Assembly (NCBI GenBank): GCA_030156615.1 | Contig: JASGME010000001.1 | Span: forward strand, 13,881 to 77,880 | Source: Candidatus Woesearchaeota archaeon | GTDB taxonomy: Archaea > Nanobdellota > Nanobdellia > Woesearchaeales > UBA119 | DNA: 64,000 bases | Reading direction: 5' to 3' | Shown: positions 31,764-41,727 of the stretch, in pieces | How positions within the stretch are numbered: position 1 is the first letter of the stretch | Layout: the number at the start of each line of letters is the position of its first letter | Made by a program: the position numbers and the translations under genes | Notes under the pieces: generated by a model | The model's input: only the letters and a program-made list of their open reading frames with translations | Told to the model about the DNA's origin: nothing | Databases searched by the model: none

Positions 31764-32345
31764 ATGAAATCATCTACAATGCGATTCGTATTTTTTTTAG
31801 TCATAGGAATCTTTGTGATTTTTGCTGTTCATGGATTCTATAATTATAATTATTTTTCAAGACAAAATTTTAATGATTCTATAAAAGAAATCTCTTCAAA
31901 CGAATCATTAAATGAAGAAATAAACGATTCTGTAGAATATTATCCTTTAGATAGAGCTCTGCCACAACTTCCAACTACTGAATTATGTATAAAAGATATA
32001 TGCTTTGAGGTTGAGCTTCCAATGTCCATGGAAGAGAAAGCTACTGGATTAATGTTCAGAGAGTCTTTGAATGAAGATAATGGAATGTTATACTTATTTG
32101 ATCAACCAATGGAGATTGGAATTTGGGCAAAGAATTGTCTATTCCCTATAGATGCAATATGGATTAACAGTGATAAAAGAATTGTGCACATTGAAACTAT
32201 GCCGCCTTGTAATGAGGAGAATTGTCCTATATATAAGAATCAAGAGCCTGCTCAATATGTCTTAGAGATAAACGGTGGATTAGCTTCTAAGTATAATTTT
32301 AGCATAGGAGATGAAGTAATATTTAACATCAGTAATGCAGAATAA
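31764..32345 (+). CDS. DUF192 domain protein (COG1430) with N-terminal signal/transmembrane segment
   Basis: MLYLFDQPMEIGIWAKNCLFPIDAIWINSDKRIVHIE matches the DUF192 core. Confidence 0.55.
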   Translation: MKSSTMRFVFFLVIGIFVIFAVHGFYNYNYFSRQNFNDSIKEISSNESLNEEINDSVEYYPLDRALPQLPTTELCIKDICFEVELPMSMEEKATGLMFRESLNEDNGMLYLFDQPMEIGIWAKNCLFPIDAIWINSDKRIVHIETMPPCNEENCPIYKNQEPAQYVLEINGGLASKYNFSIGDEVIFNISNAE

Positions 32346-32393
32346 AATGTCAATTTATCGATTTTAAAAACCCAAAGAGATATGTGATACGAA

Positions 32394-33599
32394 ATGCTTA
32401 TTGGAATAGTAGGAAAACCAAATGTTGGGAAATCTACATTTTTTAAAGCAGCAACACTTGCAGATGTTGAGATAGCGAATTATCCTTTTGTTACTATCAA
32501 ACCTAATGAAGGGATAGGTTTCGTAAGGGTTGAATGTGCTGATAAATTCTTTAATGTGCAATGCAATCCTAAGCATGGCTTTTGTATAGAACATAACAGG
32601 TTTGTTCCAATCCAGTTAGTAGATGTTGCAGGCCTAGTTCCAGGAGCATCACAAGGCAAGGGAATGGGAAATCAGTTCTTGGATGATTTAAGACAGGCGA
32701 ATGTGCTTGTTCATGTTATAGATGCGGCTGGAAGCACGAATGAAAAAGGTGAGATGATTAAGCCCGGCTCTTATGACCCTGCAGAAGACATAAGATTCCT
32801 TGAGAATGAGATTGATGAATGGTATTTAGGAATCTTCAGGAAGGTTTGGCAGAGATTTTCCAAGCAGGCCGTTCAGGAGCACCAGAATAGCGTTGACGCT
32901 TTAACAAAACAATTTACAGGACTTGGTGCAAACTATTCTATAATTGATAATATTCTTAGTCAGCTCAATCTCAAAGAAAAGAAACTAAGCGAATGGAGTG
33001 ATTCTGAGCTAAATGAGTTTGTGAAAGAATTGAGGAAAAAGACAAAACCAATGATAATTGCTGCAAATAAAGCAGATATTCCAGGAGCATTGGAAAATAT
33101 TGAAAGGCTGAAGAAACAATTTCCTGATTATGTAATAATTCCATGCTCAAGTGAAGCAGAGCTTGCCTTGCGCGAAGCTGATAAAAAAGGTCTTATTAAA
33201 TACATTCCCGGAGACAGCACATTTGAATTTAAAGAAGGAGCTGAACAAAAATTGAGCGAGAAGCAAAGAAAGGCACTTGATTTCATAAAAGAAAAAGTAT
33301 TGAAAACGTTAGGTTCAACAGGAGTTCAAGAAGTGCTTAATAAAGCTGTCTTTGAACTGCTTGGCTATGTATATGTCTTTCCCGGAGGAATGAACAAACT
33401 TGAGGATCAATATGGAAACATACTTCCAGATTGCTTTCTAATGCCTCCCGGATCAACAGCACTGGATTTTGCCTATAAAATTCACTCAGACATTGGCGAT
33501 AAGTTTGTTAAAGCTATTGATGTAAAGAGAGGAATTGCCGTAGGAAAAGATTACATCTTGCATAATGGAGATGTAATTGAAATATTAACAAGAAATTAA
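32394..33599 (+). CDS. Obg-family P-loop GTPase/ATPase (YchF/DRG-like) with C-terminal TGS domain
   Basis: G1 is IGIVGKPNVGKST. G3 is DVAGLV. G4 is NKAD. The C-terminal TGS-like region is VYVFPGG...ILHNGDVIEI. Confidence 0.7.
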   Translation: MLIGIVGKPNVGKSTFFKAATLADVEIANYPFVTIKPNEGIGFVRVECADKFFNVQCNPKHGFCIEHNRFVPIQLVDVAGLVPGASQGKGMGNQFLDDLRQANVLVHVIDAAGSTNEKGEMIKPGSYDPAEDIRFLENEIDEWYLGIFRKVWQRFSKQAVQEHQNSVDALTKQFTGLGANYSIIDNILSQLNLKEKKLSEWSDSELNEFVKELRKKTKPMIIAANKADIPGALENIERLKKQFPDYVIIPCSSEAELALREADKKGLIKYIPGDSTFEFKEGAEQKLSEKQRKALDFIKEKVLKTLGSTGVQEVLNKAVFELLGYVYVFPGGMNKLEDQYGNILPDCFLMPPGSTALDFAYKIHSDIGDKFVKAIDVKRGIAVGKDYILHNGDVIEILTRN

Positions 33600-33683
33600 G
33601 AAGAAGAGGATTTGCCATTATTATACATTTAAATGTATAAGCGTTTATAAATGGTTATACAAAAATATGTATAAATTCTAAAT

Positions 33684-35876
33684 CTATGCAATCATGAATT
33701 GCTGGATTCCAATTGTCAGAAGACTGAACATTATTGATGTAACTATCCCAACGATGAAATACAAAGATGTTCCTTTTATAAGATTCTGTCCCATAGAGTA
33801 TCCTCTATAAACACTATCCTCTCCTTTCTCTATTGTTGCATAGATATAAGACATAATAATTATTATCTCAACAACAAACATTCCTACAACTATCTGGAAG
33901 AAATAACTTGGGATGCCTATTCCAAAGAATTGAAGGGATTCTGCAGATACCATTCCCGGAGCTGTCGCTGTTTGATTTCCAATGTTTGTTTGTGTCTGAT
34001 TAATTACATTTATGACATTTGAGAGCAGGTTTGTAATTCCTACAACTATGCCTCCTATCAAAGGAGTTAGAAAACTCATCTGAGACTTTATGCTAGATAA
34101 AACATCCGCGAGAATATCCTTTAATCTCTCGTTTATCCTATGAATTTGTTTTAAATATTCGGCAAAGTTTCTCATCGCTCTGGAAGCAACATTAAGTCCT
34201 CTCTTAATGCTTTCAGTAAATATCTTCATTGCACTCTCTATTATGTTTGACGGATAAAATGCAATGGCTCCTCTTCTTTTGTCAAATATAGCTTCATCAA
34301 TTCCCATCCCAAGTCTTTGTATATTATCTGACATAATTGAAAAGAATCGTGCAACAACACTTCCCGTAGTTGTTTTGGATACTGCAGAGATAGCAAATTC
34401 AGGAGATGTCCCGTCAGATAATCTATCACTTAACAGATACAATGACGATTCAAACTCCTTCTCAAGAACCTCTGATTCTTTTCTATTTTCTTCAAGCTCT
34501 TCGTTGCTCAATTTAAGATATGTTCCTAAGGCTAATCCAACAGCAACAGGAATAAAGAAGGATAGAATAAGGGCTCCAAGACCAAAAGGACCAATTGTCT
34601 CACTGTCTCCTGTTTGGCTAGGTACATAACCCATGAAATAAATAATGCCGTCAATAATAGGAATTTCAAAGTTTGGATTTATTGCATGTATTATTATAGG
34701 ACTAAGACCTAATAGAAAAAGAGGAATAAACAAAAGAATACTTATAGCTAAAGGTGTCATCTGGATATTTATTCCTAATAGATTTATCTTGACCTTTTTC
34801 TTTCTTGAGCCCTCTATGAATACTTCCTCAACTCCAGAACCACCGTAGCCAGTAGGCCTTGTTGTCAGAATGCCTAAGGCCATAAAAAAAACCATAAAAG
34901 GAATTATTGCATTATATATCATAGCTATATGATACCAGGATACAGCAGGCATAAGACCACCAACAAGAGGAAGTATGATTAAAGTCATTATAGGCAATAC
35001 TATGCCAAGCATGTTAAGGCTGTCAATTGGAGACTTTAGATTTTGGGCAAAACTAAGCATCTTATCATAAGTTGTCTCAAGGATGGAGCTCATTGCTCTG
35101 TCAAGGCTTTCCAGTCTTCTTTCATTTGAGGCTTCAGAAAGAGAGCTTTCAATAACCCTGAATGTTTCAATAAACTCATCATTATATCCTCTCCATCTCT
35201 CAAGATAATCATTCAGGGCGTCTATTATCGTGTTGTACCTTCCAGATTCAACATCCCACATCATTTTTTTGAGATCTATTGATAAAGGAGGTGTTAAATG
35301 ATTTGCAGCAAAACGAAGAGCAGCTTCTAAATTAGATGTATGTCTTAGATATGTAACAACATAGAATACACAGAGAATCATTTGATTTGATGCCCGCATC
35401 CTCCATTTGGTTGCAAGCAAGGAAGGTATTTTTCTAAACGGCTGTATCATCAATAAGCCAAAAACAAAAAAGAAAAGCATAGTAATTATCTCTATAGTTC
35501 CTGTAATTATTCCTGTTAAAGCTACAACAACTAATCCTGCTACTATGAAAAAGATAGGAATCAAAAGAGCAAAACTCATCGCCCCTTCGGGAGTTATGTT
35601 CAAATGGGCTGTTTCTATATCTCTTTTTAGTTCCTTCTCAAGATTCTTAGGAGGAGAAATCTTAACGATATTTTCACAAAACTTGCATAACTTTTCATAT
35701 GTACTCAATTTAGGAGGAGCAAACTGATCAATAAAATTGCTGTAATCTTTAGAAATGATCCCGGAATCTGAATCATCTATCTCAACATCAGAAATATCTC
35801 TTCCTTCCCTTAAGGCAGCCTTTATTCTCCTTTCATACTTCTGTTTCATGAGCTTTGTGAACTCATCATCATCCAT
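33684..35876 (-). CDS. FlaJ/TadC-like polytopic membrane platform protein of an archaeal type IV pilus/archaellum-type secretion system
   Basis: 730 aa with two multi-transmembrane blocks separated by cytoplasmic helical domains. It lies directly downstream of a FlaI-type ATPase and is tightly coupled to it (2-nt gap). Confidence 0.5.
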   Translation of the reverse strand: MDDDEFTKLMKQKYERRIKAALREGRDISDVEIDDSDSGIISKDYSNFIDQFAPPKLSTYEKLCKFCENIVKISPPKNLEKELKRDIETAHLNITPEGAMSFALLIPIFFIVAGLVVVALTGIITGTIEIITMLFFFVFGLLMIQPFRKIPSLLATKWRMRASNQMILCVFYVVTYLRHTSNLEAALRFAANHLTPPLSIDLKKMMWDVESGRYNTIIDALNDYLERWRGYNDEFIETFRVIESSLSEASNERRLESLDRAMSSILETTYDKMLSFAQNLKSPIDSLNMLGIVLPIMTLIILPLVGGLMPAVSWYHIAMIYNAIIPFMVFFMALGILTTRPTGYGGSGVEEVFIEGSRKKKVKINLLGINIQMTPLAISILLFIPLFLLGLSPIIIHAINPNFEIPIIDGIIYFMGYVPSQTGDSETIGPFGLGALILSFFIPVAVGLALGTYLKLSNEELEENRKESEVLEKEFESSLYLLSDRLSDGTSPEFAISAVSKTTTGSVVARFFSIMSDNIQRLGMGIDEAIFDKRRGAIAFYPSNIIESAMKIFTESIKRGLNVASRAMRNFAEYLKQIHRINERLKDILADVLSSIKSQMSFLTPLIGGIVVGITNLLSNVINVINQTQTNIGNQTATAPGMVSAESLQFFGIGIPSYFFQIVVGMFVVEIIIIMSYIYATIEKGEDSVYRGYSMGQNLIKGTSLYFIVGIVTSIMFSLLTIGIQQFMIA

Positions 35877-35878
35877 AT

Positions 35879-38182
35879 TCAGCTACCTCTCCATTTATCC
35901 TTCCTGCTTTCCTCATTAAGCCATTCTTCCCATTCCCTATAAGCTTCATCAACATCAAGCTTTCCCCTCTTCTTTGTAATCCTGTCGCAGATCATATGAA
36001 ACTCATCATTTGCTCTTATAACGAATTGAGCTTCAAGAAGCTCAGGATTTTTCAATTTATCAGAGATTGAAACAATATCCATCTTTGTTTTAGCCCTAAG
36101 TTCAATGTTCTGCCATAATGCATCCCAATTCCCTGCCCATTCCTTTACATTTGAAGCAATAGATTTAAGGATTTCAGAATCTCCATGAATTAAGTCAGGT
36201 GTCGCAACTAATTCATCATTCTCTGGATTATATTTCATCAAATCAACAAAGCCTTTCTCAGCCTGCGGATCATTTTCCCAATCCTTTCTTACTTCAGTAA
36301 TCTGTGTAACCCTTCTCCATCTGTGTAATCCATCCGATGAGCGTATTGGATTTGCAACCACAATAATGTCAGTAGCCTTGAATGATGTTCTTGGCACTTC
36401 TAAATCATTTACAACCCTGTCAAATACACCATAAGGACTATCCCCATGAATCGTTCCTGCAACAACATTTGCAAGAGCTCCAACCCTCATTGCTTCGTAT
36501 AATGCCCTTGCTTCAGTGCTTCTGACCTCTCCAATAATTAGTGCAGAATCGCCTAATCTTAGTGTTGTTCTAATGCCTTCATCTGCAGAAACCTCTGAGC
36601 TTCCCTGTGTTAAAGCAGCTGCGACCTTCATAGATTGAATATTATATCCCAAATCTCTTAAAGAAGAAACAGGCAGTTCTAAAGTATCTTCAATAGTTAT
36701 TATTCTTACTGATCTCATAATCTCTGTCATCAATGAACCAAGAAGAGAGGTTTTACCAGCGCTTCTTGTCCCGGCAACCAACATAGTTCTTGAACCATCT
36801 ATCAGAAAGCTAAGCAAGCCTGCTGCTAAAGGATTTATCATTTTAGTTTTTATGAAAAGAGGCAATGTCCAAGGCTTTTCTCTATGCCTTCTGAATGCAT
36901 ATCCTAGGCCAGTTGGATTTAAAGGAGGAGAAATAACGGCAACCCTTGCCCTAGCATCCTCAAGTTGTATCTCTGTATCCAAGATTGGGTTTGCCTCGTC
37001 AAGAGGCCTTCCTGAAATCATTCTAAGTTTTGTTGCCCATGATTCTGCTTCATCAATCGTTGGAACTATATTTGTAATACAATCCTGATATTTTTGATGA
37101 TTTATGAACAGGCAAGTTCTTCCCTGTGGACTGTTTAATACAACATCCTGAATATTTTCATCACTTAAAACAAGCTCAAGAAGTCCAAATCCTACTGTAT
37201 ATCTTACAAGGATTTTTGCCAGTTCATCTATCTCTTCATCCTTTAATGCTAATCCCCTATGATTAACTAATTCTTCAATAAGTCCTTTACCAATATGAAA
37301 AAATACTTCGCGCATCCTCTCAGGGTCAATAAAATCCTCTCTGCTAGGTTTATGCTCTGATATGATATTTCTTGCAGTATCAAGAAGTTCATACTTTTCC
37401 TCAGAAAGCGAGAATTCTGGTGGGGATAAATGATACATCCTGAGCACAGAATCAGGAAATTCAAAGATTGTTATCTGAGTTCCATCTTTTAATATGTAAG
37501 AATCGATAGGATTGCCTCCTTCAGGATATGAAGCCATTAGTTTTGTATACATAAAGTTCGGTTTTACACTAGGACTGAAAATCTTAGAATAAACATCTCT
37601 CTCACCTTTTTTCAAGCCTGCCAAATAAGGCAATGCTGCAAATATCATTCGTGTTTTCTTTAATTTTTCAATTACTTCTTCAAGTTCTCCGACTAATTGC
37701 TCAAGATATTGCTTTTTATTCTCATCAGTGGTTTTTCTTAAGAGAATGTTTACCTCTCTCTTTAACCTCGTAAGCTGGACAAAAGAGCCAATAGGATCTT
37801 CAAGAAGAGAATCTGTTATTATCTTCTTAAATCTTAAAAAGAAGTCCATTACCTCTTGAATGGGTTGTTCTGGGGATGAAGCTAGGTTTAAGAATGACAT
37901 GAGCTCTTTATCTTTGTTTAATCTTGTGAATAAATTAACAATCTCAGAAAGCATAACTGTTTGATGAAAGTCATATTCATAATCTCTCGTCTTTCTTAAT
38001 ACAATCTTAGTAGCAGCATCGTTCTCTCCTATTGCTCTTAAAACAGCTTTCATACACTGCGGATTTTCCTCAATTGAAGGAGAAAAAGGACAATCCTTGC
38101 AATCAAATTCTATGATTGTATCTTCTCCTTCTCTATCAACATCATATTTGCAATATGCAGGCATCCTGCCACCTCTAATCAC
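35879..38182 (-). CDS. Type II/IV secretion system ATPase, FlaI/PilB-like, with an N-terminal Cys4 extension
   Basis: Walker A is GTRSAGKTSLLGS. Walker B / Asp box is IIGEVRSTEA. His box is AGTIHGDS. The N-terminal 45 aa carry C-x16-C-x2-C-x11-C (CKYD...CKDC...C). Confidence 0.75.
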   Translation of the reverse strand: MIRGGRMPAYCKYDVDREGEDTIIEFDCKDCPFSPSIEENPQCMKAVLRAIGENDAATKIVLRKTRDYEYDFHQTVMLSEIVNLFTRLNKDKELMSFLNLASSPEQPIQEVMDFFLRFKKIITDSLLEDPIGSFVQLTRLKREVNILLRKTTDENKKQYLEQLVGELEEVIEKLKKTRMIFAALPYLAGLKKGERDVYSKIFSPSVKPNFMYTKLMASYPEGGNPIDSYILKDGTQITIFEFPDSVLRMYHLSPPEFSLSEEKYELLDTARNIISEHKPSREDFIDPERMREVFFHIGKGLIEELVNHRGLALKDEEIDELAKILVRYTVGFGLLELVLSDENIQDVVLNSPQGRTCLFINHQKYQDCITNIVPTIDEAESWATKLRMISGRPLDEANPILDTEIQLEDARARVAVISPPLNPTGLGYAFRRHREKPWTLPLFIKTKMINPLAAGLLSFLIDGSRTMLVAGTRSAGKTSLLGSLMTEIMRSVRIITIEDTLELPVSSLRDLGYNIQSMKVAAALTQGSSEVSADEGIRTTLRLGDSALIIGEVRSTEARALYEAMRVGALANVVAGTIHGDSPYGVFDRVVNDLEVPRTSFKATDIIVVANPIRSSDGLHRWRRVTQITEVRKDWENDPQAEKGFVDLMKYNPENDELVATPDLIHGDSEILKSIASNVKEWAGNWDALWQNIELRAKTKMDIVSISDKLKNPELLEAQFVIRANDEFHMICDRITKKRGKLDVDEAYREWEEWLNEESRKDKWRGS

Positions 38183-38671
38183 TTTCTAAAGAATGATTCT
38201 TTTAATAATTTTGCTTTTATACACTTATTGTTATCCATAAACTTTGCCTATTGATAACCTTTTTTATTGTTTTATTACACTTCTTCTCTTATTAAACTAT
38301 ATAAGGTAACAGGAATCATATAAAATGGATAACTTCTCAACTTTTTATCAAAATCCAATTATCTTTGTTGTTATATAAAACTGTTGGGGTAGTTAATCAA
38401 TTAAAATAAGTTGATTTATTCAAAGAGAAAAAGATTTCTCATTAATTTTCAATTAAAGAACGAATTCTTTAAATTTGATAGAACTTTAAGAGTCTTATAA
38501 ATATAGCTTTCTATAATTAATAAAAGTAAGAAAAAAATCTACTTTTTTAATCTTAGCCGTTCTTTCTTTTCTTTTGTTAACCTTTAAATACAATGAAGAG
38601 AGACTTAGGTTCTTGTTTATTCCACACATGAATTGAAAAAATTTATAAAGATTTTTGGTTAACATTTTCTT

Positions 38672-39838
38672 ATGAAGCTTTATTCGCCACCTATCATAAG
38701 TTTGAAACAAAAATTAGTTCTTGGGCATGGCGTAAATATTGTATGGAATGATGTAATAGGCAGGTACATGCGATCTAAAGGAGAAAAAATACAATATTTT
38801 TATCCTTCTTGGAATCATCAAGGAAAAAGAGCTGATCAGTTGGATAGCAGCGAATTAGAAAAAAAAATATTGGCGTTAGAACAAGATATGAGAAGAGAAT
38901 TATCATGTTTTGGTATTGAAGAATCATACACATTGTACAGAGATACTGATGAAATATCCAAAAAAAACTCCCAAAAATATTTCATGCAATTGATCCAAAG
39001 AGGTTTTATTGTAGAGCACAACGGAGAATATCTCTTGGACTTATCAAGAATTTACACTAAAACTAGAATAAAAGAACACTTAGAATCTGTAAGATATAAT
39101 CCTCCACATTTGAAAAAAAGAATATTTGACTTGACCAAAACTCTAACTGGATTATATCCAATCTCCAAAAGAAGAAGGTATGCTACTCCCATTCCAAATT
39201 CTGTTTTTAGTATAAATCCTATTTTTGATTTAGCAGTTAGTCCTGCATTATTCTCTGAAGAACCAGTCGATTATTGTATAGATGGAAACAGAACTCTCCT
39301 AAGAGGGACATTTATCCCATTTGCAATTTGGAGTGCACTTTTTGACAAGCCTTTTGCACGCAATTGCTGTGCTCACGGATTCTTAAATCTAACTGATGGA
39401 TTAGAGAATATGAAAATTGAAAAGATTAAAAAAAGTATTGGCGATCCTATTATTGATTCAGATGTTCTAAGGTATTGCGTGCTTTTACCAACAAACTCCT
39501 TAAAAGATATGATAATTAACCAAGATACTTTGATGAAGGGTAAAAAGATGATTTATCGAGCTTCAAATTTAGCAAAATACTTTGTAAAACATTATGGACC
39601 CCAACAAAATAACCAACAGGGTGATGAAGAAATAGAAAAAATGATTGAAACGATGAGAATCCCTTTTGCTATGGAAATTTTTAGAAACCGAATTTATTGG
39701 TTAAGTAAAAAGATAGAACGAGGAGAAAAAACTACTGAAGATGATATAAAAGAATATCAAAAACTGATAAAATCTATAAGTCCTATTTTTCCTTCGACCG
39801 TAAAGAGGATAGATGAAATACTGAAATGGAAAGCCTAA
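38672..39838 (+). CDS. Methionyl-tRNA synthetase-like protein, truncated and motif-degenerate (paralog or pseudo-enzyme)
   Basis: The class Ia aaRS scaffold is recognisable. The HIGH region reads PPIISLKQKLVLGHGV (HIGH replaced by LGHG). The DxxARYxRxxG...GTDEHG region reads NDVIGRYMRSKGEKIQYFYPSWNHQG. IGKDIxRFHAIYWPAML reads IDGNRTLLRGTFIPFAIWSALF. FAHGFxxVxGxKMSKS reads CAHGFLNLTDGLENMKIEKIKKS. The anticodon-domain start DSLRYYY reads DVLRYCV. The CP zinc knuckle is deleted. Length is 388 aa, versus 500 aa or more for a MetRS core. Confidence 0.5.
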   Translation: MKLYSPPIISLKQKLVLGHGVNIVWNDVIGRYMRSKGEKIQYFYPSWNHQGKRADQLDSSELEKKILALEQDMRRELSCFGIEESYTLYRDTDEISKKNSQKYFMQLIQRGFIVEHNGEYLLDLSRIYTKTRIKEHLESVRYNPPHLKKRIFDLTKTLTGLYPISKRRRYATPIPNSVFSINPIFDLAVSPALFSEEPVDYCIDGNRTLLRGTFIPFAIWSALFDKPFARNCCAHGFLNLTDGLENMKIEKIKKSIGDPIIDSDVLRYCVLLPTNSLKDMIINQDTLMKGKKMIYRASNLAKYFVKHYGPQQNNQQGDEEIEKMIETMRIPFAMEIFRNRIYWLSKKIERGEKTTEDDIKEYQKLIKSISPIFPSTVKRIDEILKWKA

Positions 39839-40527
39839 AACAAAAATATCAAAAAATATCTCAAGAATTTTTGAAGAATATAAAAAAAGGAAATAAAGTT
39901 GTTTGTGCTTTGATCACTGGCTCTTATTTTAATAACAAGTTATCAGAAAATTCAGATATTGATATCTTTATTATAACATCAGATTCTGATATCGCAAAAA
40001 GAGGAGTAAAAAGAATCAGCAATGTCAAAATATCATTTTTTATGAATTCTTTAATGATGGTTAAAAGATTATTAAATGAAGAAAAAGATCTCTTTAAAAG
40101 ACCAACAGCAGAAAGAATAGTTTTTTCTGATTGTATTTATGGAGAGGAATTATCAAAAAAATTAAAAGAAGAAGCAAGTAATGTCATTAAAAGGAAACTC
40201 CCTAAGTTGACAAAAAAGGAAATATATGATTACGGATGGTATTTATATGATAAAGTGATCGTTCTAAAGAGAGATTTAGATAAAATTCAGAAACAATTTA
40301 TGATAAATGATTTGTTTTGGATTTGTACAGATATATTTTTCAAGATAAACAGAACCTATAAACCACATAATAAATATGTTCTTCCAAAAATAAAAGAATT
40401 GGATTCTATTTTTTATGAATATCTTAAAGAGCATCTAACTGGTAGTGAGGAAGCAATTTTCAAAATGACAGACTATCTTCAAAAAGAAATGGGATTCCAC
40501 CAAAAAGATTATTCTATAACCTATTAA
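39826..40527 (+). CDS. Pol-beta superfamily nucleotidyltransferase (ANT/KNTase-like: NTase domain plus C-terminal helical domain)
   Basis: hG[GS] motif and metal-binding Asp motif: CALITGSYFNNKLSENSDIDIFIIT. The start overlaps the stop region of the MetRS-like gene by 13 nt. Confidence 0.5.
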   Translation: MESLKQKYQKISQEFLKNIKKGNKVVCALITGSYFNNKLSENSDIDIFIITSDSDIAKRGVKRISNVKISFFMNSLMMVKRLLNEEKDLFKRPTAERIVFSDCIYGEELSKKLKEEASNVIKRKLPKLTKKEIYDYGWYLYDKVIVLKRDLDKIQKQFMINDLFWICTDIFFKINRTYKPHNKYVLPKIKELDSIFYEYLKEHLTGSEEAIFKMTDYLQKEMGFHQKDYSITY

Positions 40528-40789
40528 AGGTAATTTTTTGTCTCATTATATCATTTTACAAAAAACATTGATCTCTTTTTTGAAATTTTGATTTGGAAAT
40601 CTTTGGTTTCCAACTATTTTTTTATGAAGTGAAAACTAGCACATATTCTATTAATAATGATCTTTATAAGTTTGAGAGTTCGTTTTAGTTGAAATTTAAT
40701 TGAAACTAAAATTTGGCGAAATTTTTGGAATGTCTATTAATTTATATAGATGGAAATTCTTTTTCTTTCTTTTAATGTTGTGAATCTTT

Positions 40790-41542
40790 TTATTCTTTTA
40801 GAAAATCAACGATTAAATCAGGGTATTTTTCCAGTGCCCTGCGAAACCCGTGCCCAGTATCTGTTTCTATTATTCTGCAATTCTTTTTATTCCAAAAAAG
40901 GGTTTTACTATGTTTAATTGAAACTGTTCTATCTTTTGGGTCATGAAAAAGTAAGATAGGCTTGTTCAACAACCTTAAATAAAAATCAGGGGAAATCTCT
41001 TTGAATTTATTTATTTCCTTCTGCAATGAATTAAAATTAAATCTGTATAAGTGCTTATATGCTCTCTTAACGAATGATGTTAAGGCATCTAGGTCCTGCT
41101 CATCTCCATTAATGTTGTGTTTCTTATAATCTAGTACAGGAGAAGCCAAAATAATTTTAGAGATGTCTTCAGAACAAGCAGCCAGTCCACAGGCAATAGC
41201 TCCACTAAAACTCTCTCCAACTACATTAATTTTTTCAATCTCAAAATTCACTTTACTCATATCCCAAAGGTTTGTAGCCTCTCCTTTTTTTAACTCTTTG
41301 ATGAAAAATAATAAATCATGAACAGGATTTGTTTTTAGAAATTTTCCTTCGCTCTGAAAAGACCCCTTAAACCTAGGGAAAAATACATTGAATCCTTTTT
41401 CATAGAAAAAGTACATAGTTTCATCGTTTTTGTTGGAACTTGGAAAACCATCTAAAAGGATTACAGCGTCACTCTTATCTTTATGAGTTAAAAACTCAAA
41501 GAATATTTTTCCATAATATGCTTTTAAGATATACAAAACCAT
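40790..41542 (-). CDS. Alpha/beta hydrolase fold protein (dienelactone hydrolase/peptidase S9-like)
   Basis: Nucleophile elbow is VVGESFSGAIA (G-x-S-x-G). Putative catalytic Asp/His are in HDPKD...TDTGHGF. Confidence 0.5.
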   Translation of the reverse strand: MVLYILKAYYGKIFFEFLTHKDKSDAVILLDGFPSSNKNDETMYFFYEKGFNVFFPRFKGSFQSEGKFLKTNPVHDLLFFIKELKKGEATNLWDMSKVNFEIEKINVVGESFSGAIACGLAACSEDISKIILASPVLDYKKHNINGDEQDLDALTSFVKRAYKHLYRFNFNSLQKEINKFKEISPDFYLRLLNKPILLFHDPKDRTVSIKHSKTLFWNKKNCRIIETDTGHGFRRALEKYPDLIVDFLKE

Positions 41543-41727
41543 AACTTTAATAGAAAATGATAGTTTTTAAGATTTACTAAAGAATTGATATTCAATGATC
41601 CAAGAATGTTTGGATTCTTAATACTATTCCTCATCGGTTTTCCAGTAAGGTCTTATTCCTGTTTCAGAGGGATAATAACCATCTCAAACAAAATACAAAG
41701 CAATCTATTAGAATCCTTCGAGATTTT

